From positions 1 to 28,605 of the IMG/VR virus record IMGVR_UViG_3300048901_000130: DNA of 28,605 nt, one strand, 5' to 3'. Under the pieces are notes generated by a model that saw nothing but the letters and a program-made list of their open reading frames with translations, searched no databases and was not told the origin of the DNA. The stretch comes from a virus (lineage: Duplodnaviria > Caudoviricetes). The position numbers and the translations under genes were made by a program. Positions within the stretch are counted from its first letter, which is position 1. Each line of letters starts with the position of its first letter. Positions 7,084 through 14,762 of the stretch are shown here, piece after piece.

Positions 7084-7533
7084 ATGTCGCTGCAAATCAT
7101 CGATGGGCCAACCATTGCCGCCGGTGAGTCGCTCTCTGATGGAGTCGATTGTTCGGCTGGCACTATTGTCAGAATTACCGTTCCTCAAGAATTCACGTCA
7201 GCTAATATAACTCTACAAGTGAGCACAGACGGCAACCTCTACAACGATCTCCACACCGCCAACGGCGAGGCGGTAACCATTACGGCCAGGCCGGACACCG
7301 GCATCGTGGTGGCAGAGGCGTGGACCAAGTCCATCAACTTCATCAAATTCAGGTCCGGCACCCGCAGTCATCCGGTCGCGCAAAAGGAAGCCTGCAAGTT
7401 CGCCATTGCGGTCGAGACCGCGCAAGCGACAGCGCCGGCCGCGACGAGATCTCCGACGTCCACGTCGGCTTCGCGGGGCGCCGAGCCTCCTGCGCGCCGC
7501 GAGCCCGAGCAATTTTCAGAGCCGCGGCGCTGA
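7084..7533 (+). CDS. Hypothetical beta-rich virion protein (paralogue of 5749-6132)
   Basis: 149 aa; AAGGGAG RBS; low-complexity C-terminal tail. Confidence 0.75.
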   Translation: MSLQIIDGPTIAAGESLSDGVDCSAGTIVRITVPQEFTSANITLQVSTDGNLYNDLHTANGEAVTITARPDTGIVVAEAWTKSINFIKFRSGTRSHPVAQKEACKFAIAVETAQATAPAATRSPTSTSASRGAEPPARREPEQFSEPRR

Positions 7534-7540
7534 AGCAATC

Positions 7541-7648
7541 GAACCTCCCGGTCCCTCCCGGGGCGATCCACTCTCGTCCCTTGATCGGGAGCGGCCGCGC
7601 GGCGGTCCCAGGGTTCGGCGAAGCCCTCGCCGCGCGGTTCCCTTTTCC
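7541..7648 (+). ncRNA. Candidate structured RNA/leader: three hairpins each carrying UCCC
   Basis: Stems at 7546-7563, 7571-7591 and 7595-7637 (perfect 10-bp CCGCGCGGCG/CGCCGCGCGG), followed by ttcccttttcc. gtccc occurs in each hairpin. Confidence 0.45.
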
Positions 7649-7668
7649 AAAATCATCAGGAGACAATC

Positions 7669-8217
7669 ATGAAACGTCTGGCACTTGCCTTCGCTGTACT
7701 GTCGGCCTTGGCGACGCCTGGCCACGCCAACGTGATCCAAGACCTCGGCGTCAATCCGACATCGGCGGCTGGCGCATTCAGTCACTCGCCCGGAGCCGGG
7801 CCGTTCGATGATCAACTGACCTTCCGGCTGGTCGGCGGGCCGCAGTTCATCACCATCGCGTCGGTGACCAACACCTTCGCCGATCCGGTTGCGGACTTCA
7901 TCGCCAACTTCAGCGGGTCTGTTTTCAATACCGTCGACGGCATCATCGGCAACGGCAACGATGTGCGCGTCATCGGTCCGGTTGCCGCCACGGCCTGTCC
8001 GCTGACGCCGGATTGCCAGGGCTTTGCCGGGTCGGCACTGCTCAATGCAGGCAGCTATTACTTGGATATCAGCGGCACTGCCGGCGCGACCGCAGGCTAC
8101 GGTGGCAACCTCTCAGTTGCCGCGGTGCCTGGGCCGCTCGCCGGTACTGGGCTGCCTGGCTTAATCGCCGGGTTCATGCTGCTCGGGCTGCGCCGTTTGC
8201 GACGACGCTCTCGCTAA
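7669..8217 (+). CDS. Secreted FxDxF-type PEP-CTERM-like (VPGP-CTERM) exosortase substrate
   Basis: Signal peptide MKRLALAFAVLSALATPGHA, FDDQLTF motif, L.AGSYYL.ISG...GYGGNL, then VPGPLAGTGLPGL + hydrophobic helix + RRLRRRSR. AGGAG RBS. Confidence 0.85.
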   Translation: MKRLALAFAVLSALATPGHANVIQDLGVNPTSAAGAFSHSPGAGPFDDQLTFRLVGGPQFITIASVTNTFADPVADFIANFSGSVFNTVDGIIGNGNDVRVIGPVAATACPLTPDCQGFAGSALLNAGSYYLDISGTAGATAGYGGNLSVAAVPGPLAGTGLPGLIAGFMLLGLRRLRRRSR

Positions 8218-8281
8218 TTCCTTTTGCTGCGGCTTGCCGAACACCTGCCTCGCAGCGGCACTCATTGAACAGTCGGGGCTG

Positions 8282-8563
8282 ATGTCCGAGCGATGGCACC
8301 ACTTCTATGGCGGCTATTGGCAGCGGCGCCGTCGGCTGCATCTGCTCGAACATCCGCTCTGTAAGTTCTGTGCTGATGGCGGCGCGGTGACGCGCGCAAC
8401 AGTGGTCGATCACGTCGATCCGCACGGCGGCGACTGGAATAAGTTCGTGTTCGGCAAGCTGCAATCGTTGTGTGCGCACTGCCACGATTCAATCAAGCAG
8501 CGGCACGAGAAGACCGGCGTGAGCGCCATCGACGCCGACGGCTGGCCGCTCGATCGCCGATGA
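8282..8563 (+). CDS. HNH endonuclease, HK97 gp74-like terminase cofactor
   Basis: 93 aa from ATG 8282: W.RRR..L...PLCKFC, VVDHVDPHGGD, LQSLCAHCHDSIK, DADGWP. Confidence 0.88.
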   Translation: MSERWHHFYGGYWQRRRRLHLLEHPLCKFCADGGAVTRATVVDHVDPHGGDWNKFVFGKLQSLCAHCHDSIKQRHEKTGVSAIDADGWPLDRR

Positions 8564-8824
8564 AAGGGTTTGGTGAGAGAAGTTGGACCGTCGTAGGCAC
8601 AACCTGCTTTCAGGGTCAGCTAGCCCGGCTCATAGTCCGGGGGAGTCGCCGTCCGCGGATGGGTCACCCTTCTCTCACTGACAGTAATATATAGCACTGG
8701 AAGAATTAATCAAAGTATAAAAACGCTAATACTCAAAATCATCGCATCTATATTTTGGACTAGACAGTATTCAACTCCAAGTGAAAGCACTTGGTGACGT
8801 TGAGCCGGAGCCAAGGAGGCCAAG

Positions 8825-10957
8825 ATGCGTAAGCGTTTGCGCCAGGGCGATCTCTATCCCGACGACACCGAATCCCACGATGACTTCATCTCTCGCTGTA
8901 CCGATGAGATCGGCGACGAGGAAGTTTGCGAACTCATCTGGGAAGACGCCTGGGATACGGAAAGCGCCGGCGGCATCCTGCACAAGACACATGCCGGCAA
9001 AGTAAACGGGCGTGAATACGTGCTGTCGGACGAGACGCCCGATCGCATGGGCGACGTCATCATGGCCGATGGCTGGGACATCACCGACTTCAAGAAAAAC
9101 CCCATCGCCCTGTTCGGACATCAAAGCGGATTTCCGATCGGCACCTGGAACAACGTTCGCGTTGTCGACAAGCAACTGCGCGGTACGCTCGCGCTCGCGG
9201 CCGAGGGCACCAGCCCGCGTATCGATGAAATCCGCAAGCTCGTGGATGCCGGCATTCTGCGCGCCGTCAGCGTCGGCTTCAGCCCGAAGGAGTCGCGACC
9301 GCGGCCGGAAACTGATTACGGGGTGTTTTTCACCAAGGCCGAACTTATGGAGACCAGCCTGGTCTCGGTGCCGGCCAATCCGAACGCGCTGCAGATCGCC
9401 AAGTCACTCAACATTTCACCTGCGTTCATCGATGTCGTTTTCGCCGGGAAAGGCAATGGAAACGGCATCCGACGACGCAGGTTCACCGGCGGGCAAGCCA
9501 ATACGATACCGCAAGCTAGAAAGGGCACGACCATGTCGTCGTATGCTCAACGCATCACCGCTACCGAACAGCGCATCAACGCGCTGCGCGATCAACTCAA
9601 CGAGCACTGGACCAGGACCGACGAAACCAACATCAGCGACGAGCAGTTGGCGACCGGCAACGGGCTCACCGACCGGATCACCCAGGAGGAGCGCGCGCTC
9701 GCCGGCCTGCGCGACGCCGAACGGCACCTCGGTGCCACTTCGGACGATGCCAACAGCAACGGCAGCCGCGCGCTTGCCGTGCGAACCACCACGGCGGCAA
9801 CGGTGGCGGCCACTGCATTGTCGAGCACGCGGCCGTTTAGCATGCCGCCGAAAAAGCCACTGAGCGCACTCGATCACATGGTGCGCGCCGGAACTGTGCA
9901 GCTGCTCGCGCATCGCGATCGGATGCCGGTTGCCTTGAAGATGCGGGAAATCTACGGCGAGGACGAAGGCACTCGCGCGATGCTCGAATGGTCAACGCGC
10001 GCGACCTCGACGATCGCGACCACGACGCAAACCGGTTGGGCCGCCGAGCTCGCCCAGACGCTGTTCACCGCTTTCATGGAAGTGCTCTATCCGAAGTCGG
10101 TCTATCCGCGGCTGGCAGCGAAGGGGTTGTCGCTCTCATTTGGGAACTCCGGCAAAATCCTCATTCCCACGCGCGCGACCACGCCGACCATCGCAGGATC
10201 GTTCGTCGGCGAAGGATTGCCAATTCCAGTCCGCCAGGGTTTGTTTACTTCGCAAACGTTGACGCCGAAGAAGATGGCGGTCATCACCACCTGGACCCGG
10301 GAAATCCAGGACCACTCGGTGCCGGCGATCGAAGGCTTGCTGCGCGATGCAGTGCAGGAAGACACGGCAATCTCGCTCGACTCGGTACTGCTCGATGCCA
10401 ACGCCGCGACCGTCGTGCGTCCGGCCGGCATCCTCAACGGCGTGGCTGGCTTGACGCCCACCGCCGGCGGCGGCTTCACGGCTCTGACCGCCGATATCAA
10501 GCAAATCTCGGGTGCCTTGCTCACCGGCACCAGGGGCAATGTTCGCAACCCGGTTTGGCTGATGAACCCGCAGCAGATTAACAGTGCTCTCTATGTTGCT
10601 GCTCCTGGTGCCGGGGTGTTCCCGTATCGTGGCGAAATCCAAGCCGGGCAGTTGGGCGGCTGGCCGATCATCGACTCGGGTACGGTTCCGGCCGGTACCG
10701 TGATTGCTATCGATGCGGCGGACTTCGTGGCGGTGGGCGGCGACGCGCCACGCTTCGAAATCAGCGATCAGGCGACGTTGCACATGGAAGACACGACGCC
10801 GCTCGATATCGGCACGGCGGGCTCGCCGGCGACCGTGGCGGCGCCAGTCAAATCGATGTGGCAGACCGACTCGCTCGCTCTTCGGCTGATCCTGCCCACC
10901 AACTGGACCATCCGGCGCGCGGGCGTCGTCGCCTGGGTCGCCGGCGTCACCTGGTAA
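8825..10957 (+). CDS. Prohead protease (HK97/S78 family) fused to major capsid protein
   Basis: DRMGDVI, NPIALFGH, LRAVSVGF and ELMETSLVSVPANPNA protease motifs, then a coiled-coil delta-like region and HK97-fold motifs (FVGEG, LTPKKMAVI, PAGILNG, WLMNP, SMWQTD). AAGGAGG RBS. Confidence 0.93.
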   Translation: MRKRLRQGDLYPDDTESHDDFISRCTDEIGDEEVCELIWEDAWDTESAGGILHKTHAGKVNGREYVLSDETPDRMGDVIMADGWDITDFKKNPIALFGHQSGFPIGTWNNVRVVDKQLRGTLALAAEGTSPRIDEIRKLVDAGILRAVSVGFSPKESRPRPETDYGVFFTKAELMETSLVSVPANPNALQIAKSLNISPAFIDVVFAGKGNGNGIRRRRFTGGQANTIPQARKGTTMSSYAQRITATEQRINALRDQLNEHWTRTDETNISDEQLATGNGLTDRITQEERALAGLRDAERHLGATSDDANSNGSRALAVRTTTAATVAATALSSTRPFSMPPKKPLSALDHMVRAGTVQLLAHRDRMPVALKMREIYGEDEGTRAMLEWSTRATSTIATTTQTGWAAELAQTLFTAFMEVLYPKSVYPRLAAKGLSLSFGNSGKILIPTRATTPTIAGSFVGEGLPIPVRQGLFTSQTLTPKKMAVITTWTREIQDHSVPAIEGLLRDAVQEDTAISLDSVLLDANAATVVRPAGILNGVAGLTPTAGGGFTALTADIKQISGALLTGTRGNVRNPVWLMNPQQINSALYVAAPGAGVFPYRGEIQAGQLGGWPIIDSGTVPAGTVIAIDAADFVAVGGDAPRFEISDQATLHMEDTTPLDIGTAGSPATVAAPVKSMWQTDSLALRLILPTNWTIRRAGVVAWVAGVTW

Positions 10958-10987
10958 CAAATACTCGAAGCAAGGAAAGGACTGCAC

Positions 10988-11305
10988 ATGGCAGAGCAAC
11001 ACGACGCCGTTGCCGAGGCGACGAAGAAACGCCTCGCCGACGAGAAGCAGGCGCGCGAGAAGGCGCAAGCCGAACACCGTGAGGTGCTCGCGGGCGCCAA
11101 GCCGACGCCGACGCAGGATGAAAACGATCTTGCGGCATCTGGCGTGCACATCATCGAGCACGAGCCGGACGGCTCGCCGCCAGATCCTGGAATCACGCCA
11201 TTGGCGCCAGAAGGCACCACCCGGACGCGGCAAGTCGAGGCGAAGAAGCCGGCAACAACCCGCAGCGATTATCAGACCCGGGCCGCTACGCCGCATCATG
11301 ACTGA
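10988..11305 (+). CDS. Hypothetical charged protein following the capsid gene
   Basis: 105 aa; AAGGAAAGG RBS; KPTPTQDENDLAA motif. Confidence 0.75.
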   Translation: MAEQHDAVAEATKKRLADEKQAREKAQAEHREVLAGAKPTPTQDENDLAASGVHIIEHEPDGSPPDPGITPLAPEGTTRTRQVEAKKPATTRSDYQTRAATPHHD

Positions 11306-12758
11306 AACGGCTGTCGCCAAGCCGCGCTTTCGCGTCAAGGCCACGAGCGTTCCGACGTTCGTCGCCAAGGCCGAAGGCGAGGCGCACGCTGGCCCGTGGC
11401 TGCTGCCGGTTTCCGGCGGCTGGTTGCCGGCCGACGTTGGCGATAGCATCAACTGGTGGCAGAACGGCCACAGCATCCAGGGCACGTCGACACAGTCGGC
11501 GATGGTCGAGGCTTGCGTCTCGGCCTATGCGCAGACCGTGGCGATGCTGCCGGGTGATCATTGGCGGCTCAACGACAAGGGTGGCCGCGACCGCGTTACG
11601 ACCTCAGCGCTGTCGCGGCTGCTGCGCCACCCTAACGACTATCAGTCGAACAGCGACTTCATGCTGAACCTGACGCGCTCGCTCTATCTCGAAGGCAATG
11701 CTTATGCGCTGGCGCTGCGCAACGCGCGCTTCGAGATCGACGAGCTCCACATCATGGACCCGTTGCTGTCCTATCCGCGGCTCGGCAGCAACGGCGAAAT
11801 CTTCTATCAGTTGTTCGGCAATCAGGTGATCGAACGGCGGCTCGGCGGCGAGCCGCTGATCATTCCACAGCGTGACGTGCTGCACATCCGGCTACATACG
11901 GTAAAGCATCGCTGGCCGGTGCCGTTGATCGGCGAGAGCCCGATCGTCGCGGCCTATAGCGACATTGGCGTCAACGCTGCGATCGCGCGCCAGCAGTTGG
12001 GTTATTACCTTAACCAGGCGCGGCCATCGGCGGTGATCTCGACCGATCTCAATCTCACGCCGGTTCAATTGCAGGAGTTGCGCTCGCTCTGGGACGAGCA
12101 ATCCAAGAAGCTACACCAAGGCGGCACCCCGATCATGACACGGGGCATCAAAGTGCAGCCGTGGTCGCAAGGCGGCAAGGATGCCGCCACCGCCGACATG
12201 ATGAAACTCTCGAACGAGCACATTGCGCTCGCATTTCGCATCCCGCTGCAAATCCTCGGCATCGGCGGCACCCCGTATGGTTCGACCGAATTGCTGATGC
12301 AGAGTTGGATCGCGAACGGCCTCGGCTTCGCGCTCAATCACATCGAGGAATCGATCGGGTTGCTGTTCGGCCTCAAGGGTCAGCCCGAGGAGTACGTCGA
12401 ATTCGACACCGCGGCGCTGTTGCGCTCGGCGATGAAGGACCGCATCGAGAGCCTCGCGCGCGGGGTGCAGGGCGGCATCTTCGCGCCGAACGAAGCGCGC
12501 AATTCGGAAGGCTACGACAGCGTGCCATTCGGCGACGAGCCGCGCGTGCAGCAGCAGGTCGTGCCGCTCAGTCAAATTGGCAAGACACCCGCACCGCCCG
12601 CACCCGCAGCACCACCGCCCGCGCCGGACGGCAGCAAGCCTGCTGCGCCCGAACCCAAGCCGCCGGCACCGCAAAAGGGCTATCGCGATGACACTGCACG
12701 AAAGAGAAGAATTCTTGCCAGCGCCGCCCGCGTCGGACGACTCCGACGATCTGCTTGA
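11298..12758 (+). CDS. Portal protein, HK97 family
   Basis: ATG 11298. VEACV...AQTVA.LP, LL..PN.YQ, LYLEGNAY, VLHIR, GESP, IALAFRIP..LG and PNEAR..EG motifs; Pro-rich C-terminal tail. Confidence 0.93.
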   Translation: MTETAVAKPRFRVKATSVPTFVAKAEGEAHAGPWLLPVSGGWLPADVGDSINWWQNGHSIQGTSTQSAMVEACVSAYAQTVAMLPGDHWRLNDKGGRDRVTTSALSRLLRHPNDYQSNSDFMLNLTRSLYLEGNAYALALRNARFEIDELHIMDPLLSYPRLGSNGEIFYQLFGNQVIERRLGGEPLIIPQRDVLHIRLHTVKHRWPVPLIGESPIVAAYSDIGVNAAIARQQLGYYLNQARPSAVISTDLNLTPVQLQELRSLWDEQSKKLHQGGTPIMTRGIKVQPWSQGGKDAATADMMKLSNEHIALAFRIPLQILGIGGTPYGSTELLMQSWIANGLGFALNHIEESIGLLFGLKGQPEEYVEFDTAALLRSAMKDRIESLARGVQGGIFAPNEARNSEGYDSVPFGDEPRVQQQVVPLSQIGKTPAPPAPAAPPPAPDGSKPAAPEPKPPAPQKGYRDDTARKRRILASAARVGRLRRSA

Positions 12759-13164
12759 TGCGTGGAGCGAGGCGCTTGGCGAGGTGCTCGATACTGAGCG
12801 GCGGCAATGGCAGCGCGAGCGCGCTCTCATCGAGGCGCAGGCGCAGGCGTCGATCACCGAGGTCCGGGCCGGCTGTGCCGAACGGCTTGCCGCGTTTGAG
12901 CGCCAGGTCGCCGACCGTTTAGCGTCGGTGCGCGACGGTGCGCCGGGACCTGCTGGGCCTCCCGGTGAAAGGGGTGATGCGGGACCGCCTGCCGTCGATT
13001 TGCTTCTCCCGCCGGAACTTGCAACAGAGATCGCGAGTGTATCGCGTCTGCTGCATGAATTTCCGCTTGCGGCGATGCGTAACGATGCGGCCGGTCGGGT
13101 GACTCGCATCGAGCGGGACGAGAACGGCGCGCTTGTGCCGGTCTACGAAGAGCCGCAGCCGTGA
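12688..13164 (+). CDS. Hypothetical coiled-coil protein with a short collagen-like stretch
   Basis: ATG 12688 with AAAGGG RBS; GAPGPAGPPGERGDAGP; C-terminal RIERDENG. Confidence 0.7.
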   Translation: MTLHEREEFLPAPPASDDSDDLLDAWSEALGEVLDTERRQWQRERALIEAQAQASITEVRAGCAERLAAFERQVADRLASVRDGAPGPAGPPGERGDAGPPAVDLLLPPELATEIASVSRLLHEFPLAAMRNDAAGRVTRIERDENGALVPVYEEPQP

Positions 13165-13526
13165 TCGTCAATCTTTCCGAAGAGGCAAGCAACGCCATGC
13201 TCGACGTTCTCGCCGGCATGATGGATGGCGGCAGCATCAAGCTATTTTCTGACGAGGGGAAAACGCTTGCGGTGCTCAAGCTGTCCGATCCGTCTGTTAG
13301 AGCAGCGATCGACCGCGAGCTTGTATTCAACCAGATTGCCGAGGAAGACGCCGCGCTGGCACAGGGGACTGCCTCGTCGGCGCGGGTCGACGCCGCGGAT
13401 GGCACCGAGGTGTTTTCTTGTGATGTCGGCGATCAGAACTCCGACGCGGTGATCAAGCTCAATACGACTAAGATTTATCGTGACAGTCCGGTGCGGCTCG
13501 CGTCGTTTCGCCTGGGCATGCCCTGA
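13161..13526 (+). CDS. Small virion structural protein (paralogue of 13526-13903)
   Basis: 121 aa; LSDPS, GTA..AR and I.LN.T motifs shared with the next gene; GTGA coupling. Confidence 0.72.
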   Translation: MIVNLSEEASNAMLDVLAGMMDGGSIKLFSDEGKTLAVLKLSDPSVRAAIDRELVFNQIAEEDAALAQGTASSARVDAADGTEVFSCDVGDQNSDAVIKLNTTKIYRDSPVRLASFRLGMP

Positions 13527-13903
13527 TGGCAGTCAACTACGACGCGGCCACCAAAACGGCCCGGATGGCCGCCACGATCTTGCAGATCGACGCCAATGCT
13601 GCTCCTGCTTACATCGAGATTTGCACGGCGTCGTTTGCGGCGACACTGGTGACCATCACGTTGTCTGACCCAAGTTTTACTGAATCGAGCGGCGTGATCA
13701 CCATGGCGGGGGCGCCGAAGTCCGGCGTTGCGGCCAATGCCGGGACCGCGACAGTGGCGCGCATCAAGGATGGTGGCGGCGCCACGAAGGTGAACAACCT
13801 GACGGTTGGTATCAGTGCTGCTGATATCATTCTCAACAGCACGACCGTCAGCGTGGGTCAGACCGTGACCCTTACTTCGGCAACGGTCACGCACGCAACA
13901 TGA
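13526..13903 (+). CDS. Small virion structural protein (paralogue of 13161-13526)
   Basis: 125 aa; LSDPSF, AGTATVARI, DIILNSTT; TGATG coupling. Confidence 0.75.
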   Translation: MAVNYDAATKTARMAATILQIDANAAPAYIEICTASFAATLVTITLSDPSFTESSGVITMAGAPKSGVAANAGTATVARIKDGGGATKVNNLTVGISAADIILNSTTVSVGQTVTLTSATVTHAT

Positions 13904-14745
13904 CCGCCCATCTCATCAGCGACGAAAATGTTGTTCACACCACCGAACAGCATAGTGGGAAGGTCCATACCAATAGCGGTCATCCGGTTGTCGGGACGCT
14001 GCCCGAGTCATTTGGCACGCTGGCGGCGACTGAGGCCGGCGATACCGCGGCAATCGCTGGACTGGCCGGCCTTATCGGCACGCTCGGCGCCACAGAAGGC
14101 ATCGATGCTGCCGCCTTTGCTGGGCTTGCTGGTAGCATCGGCACGCTCGCCACGAGTGAAGCGGCAGATACGGCAGTGTTTGCGGCGGCAGTCGCAACAC
14201 TCGGCACACTGGCGGCAACGGAAGGCCCGGATGTTTTTGCTGCTGCCGGTACGGTCGTATCAGCCGGTGCGATTGCCGGTTCACTCAATGCCGTAGAGGG
14301 TGCCGATGTTGCGGCATTCGTCGGCTCCGTTGAGTCCGATGCCGTGGTCGGTGTTGTGGTCGGTGGCTATTACCAGCCAGAACGGCCGCCGCTTGTCGAA
14401 GGCATCGGCGATGGCATCCTGCCGCGACTTATCGGTGAGGCGCACGGTGTCGTTGTCGCGGCAAGTGCCGGCGCCGGCACGCTGCGCAGTCTCGTCGCGG
14501 TGGCGAACGGCTCGGCCGGCGCCGTCGGGCATAGCGCGGCGCAGTTGGTTATTCGCGCGGCAGCGGTCGGAGCGCGCGGCCATGCCGGGTCCGCGGCTGC
14601 TGTGCTCGACGGCCTCGGCGCAGCCGGCTCGGGTGCGGTTATCACACGCGGCCAGGGTTCGGGCGTGATCGCCAATCTCGAAGCCGCTGCCATTGGACGG
14701 TGTGACGATGACGAAGCCGTCGTCGCCTGGCTCCTGGCCGCATGA
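13900..14745 (+). CDS. Ala/Gly-rich repeat protein, probable virion fibre
   Basis: 281 aa with five GTL.A.E..D.A.F.G repeats; ATGA coupling at both ends. Confidence 0.7.
   Translation: MTAHLISDENVVHTTEQHSGKVHTNSGHPVVGTLPESFGTLAATEAGDTAAIAGLAGLIGTLGATEGIDAAAFAGLAGSIGTLATSEAADTAVFAAAVATLGTLAATEGPDVFAAAGTVVSAGAIAGSLNAVEGADVAAFVGSVESDAVVGVVVGGYYQPERPPLVEGIGDGILPRLIGEAHGVVVAASAGAGTLRSLVAVANGSAGAVGHSAAQLVIRAAAVGARGHAGSAAAVLDGLGAAGSGAVITRGQGSGVIANLEAAAIGRCDDDEAVVAWLLAA
14014..14325 (+). repeat. Coding tandem repeat, 63-nt (21-aa) period
   Basis: Units start at 14014, 14077, 14140 and 14203 (exact 63-nt spacing), with a fifth at 14278. Confidence 0.8.
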
Positions 14746-14762
14746 AGGGCAAAGGGCATGGC

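Noticed and set aside
8282-8563. HNH possibly inactive because Lys replaces the usual Asn (GKLQSLC)
   Set aside because: The DH, both CxxC pairs and the terminal His are intact; one substitution is insufficient to call a pseudogene.
8571-8620. Glycine-riboswitch-like words (GAGAGA ... CTTTCAGG)
   Set aside because: The CCGAAG core and the expected pairing are absent.
8613-8670. tRNA-Met-like anticodon arm (cccgg ctcatag tccggg), or an IS200/IS605-end-like GTCAGCTAGCCC
   Set aside because: The loop is 8 nt, there is no TTC T-arm or acceptor/CCA end, and no TnpA/TnpB/IscB is nearby. The adjacent HNH is gp74-like.
10136-11485. Long antisense ORFs (e.g. 449 aa here; also 5395-6330, 12111-13109, 14370-15305, 21442-22266)
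   Set aside because: Expected shadows of high-GC coding sequence; no motifs or RBS, and they lie opposite well-supported genes.
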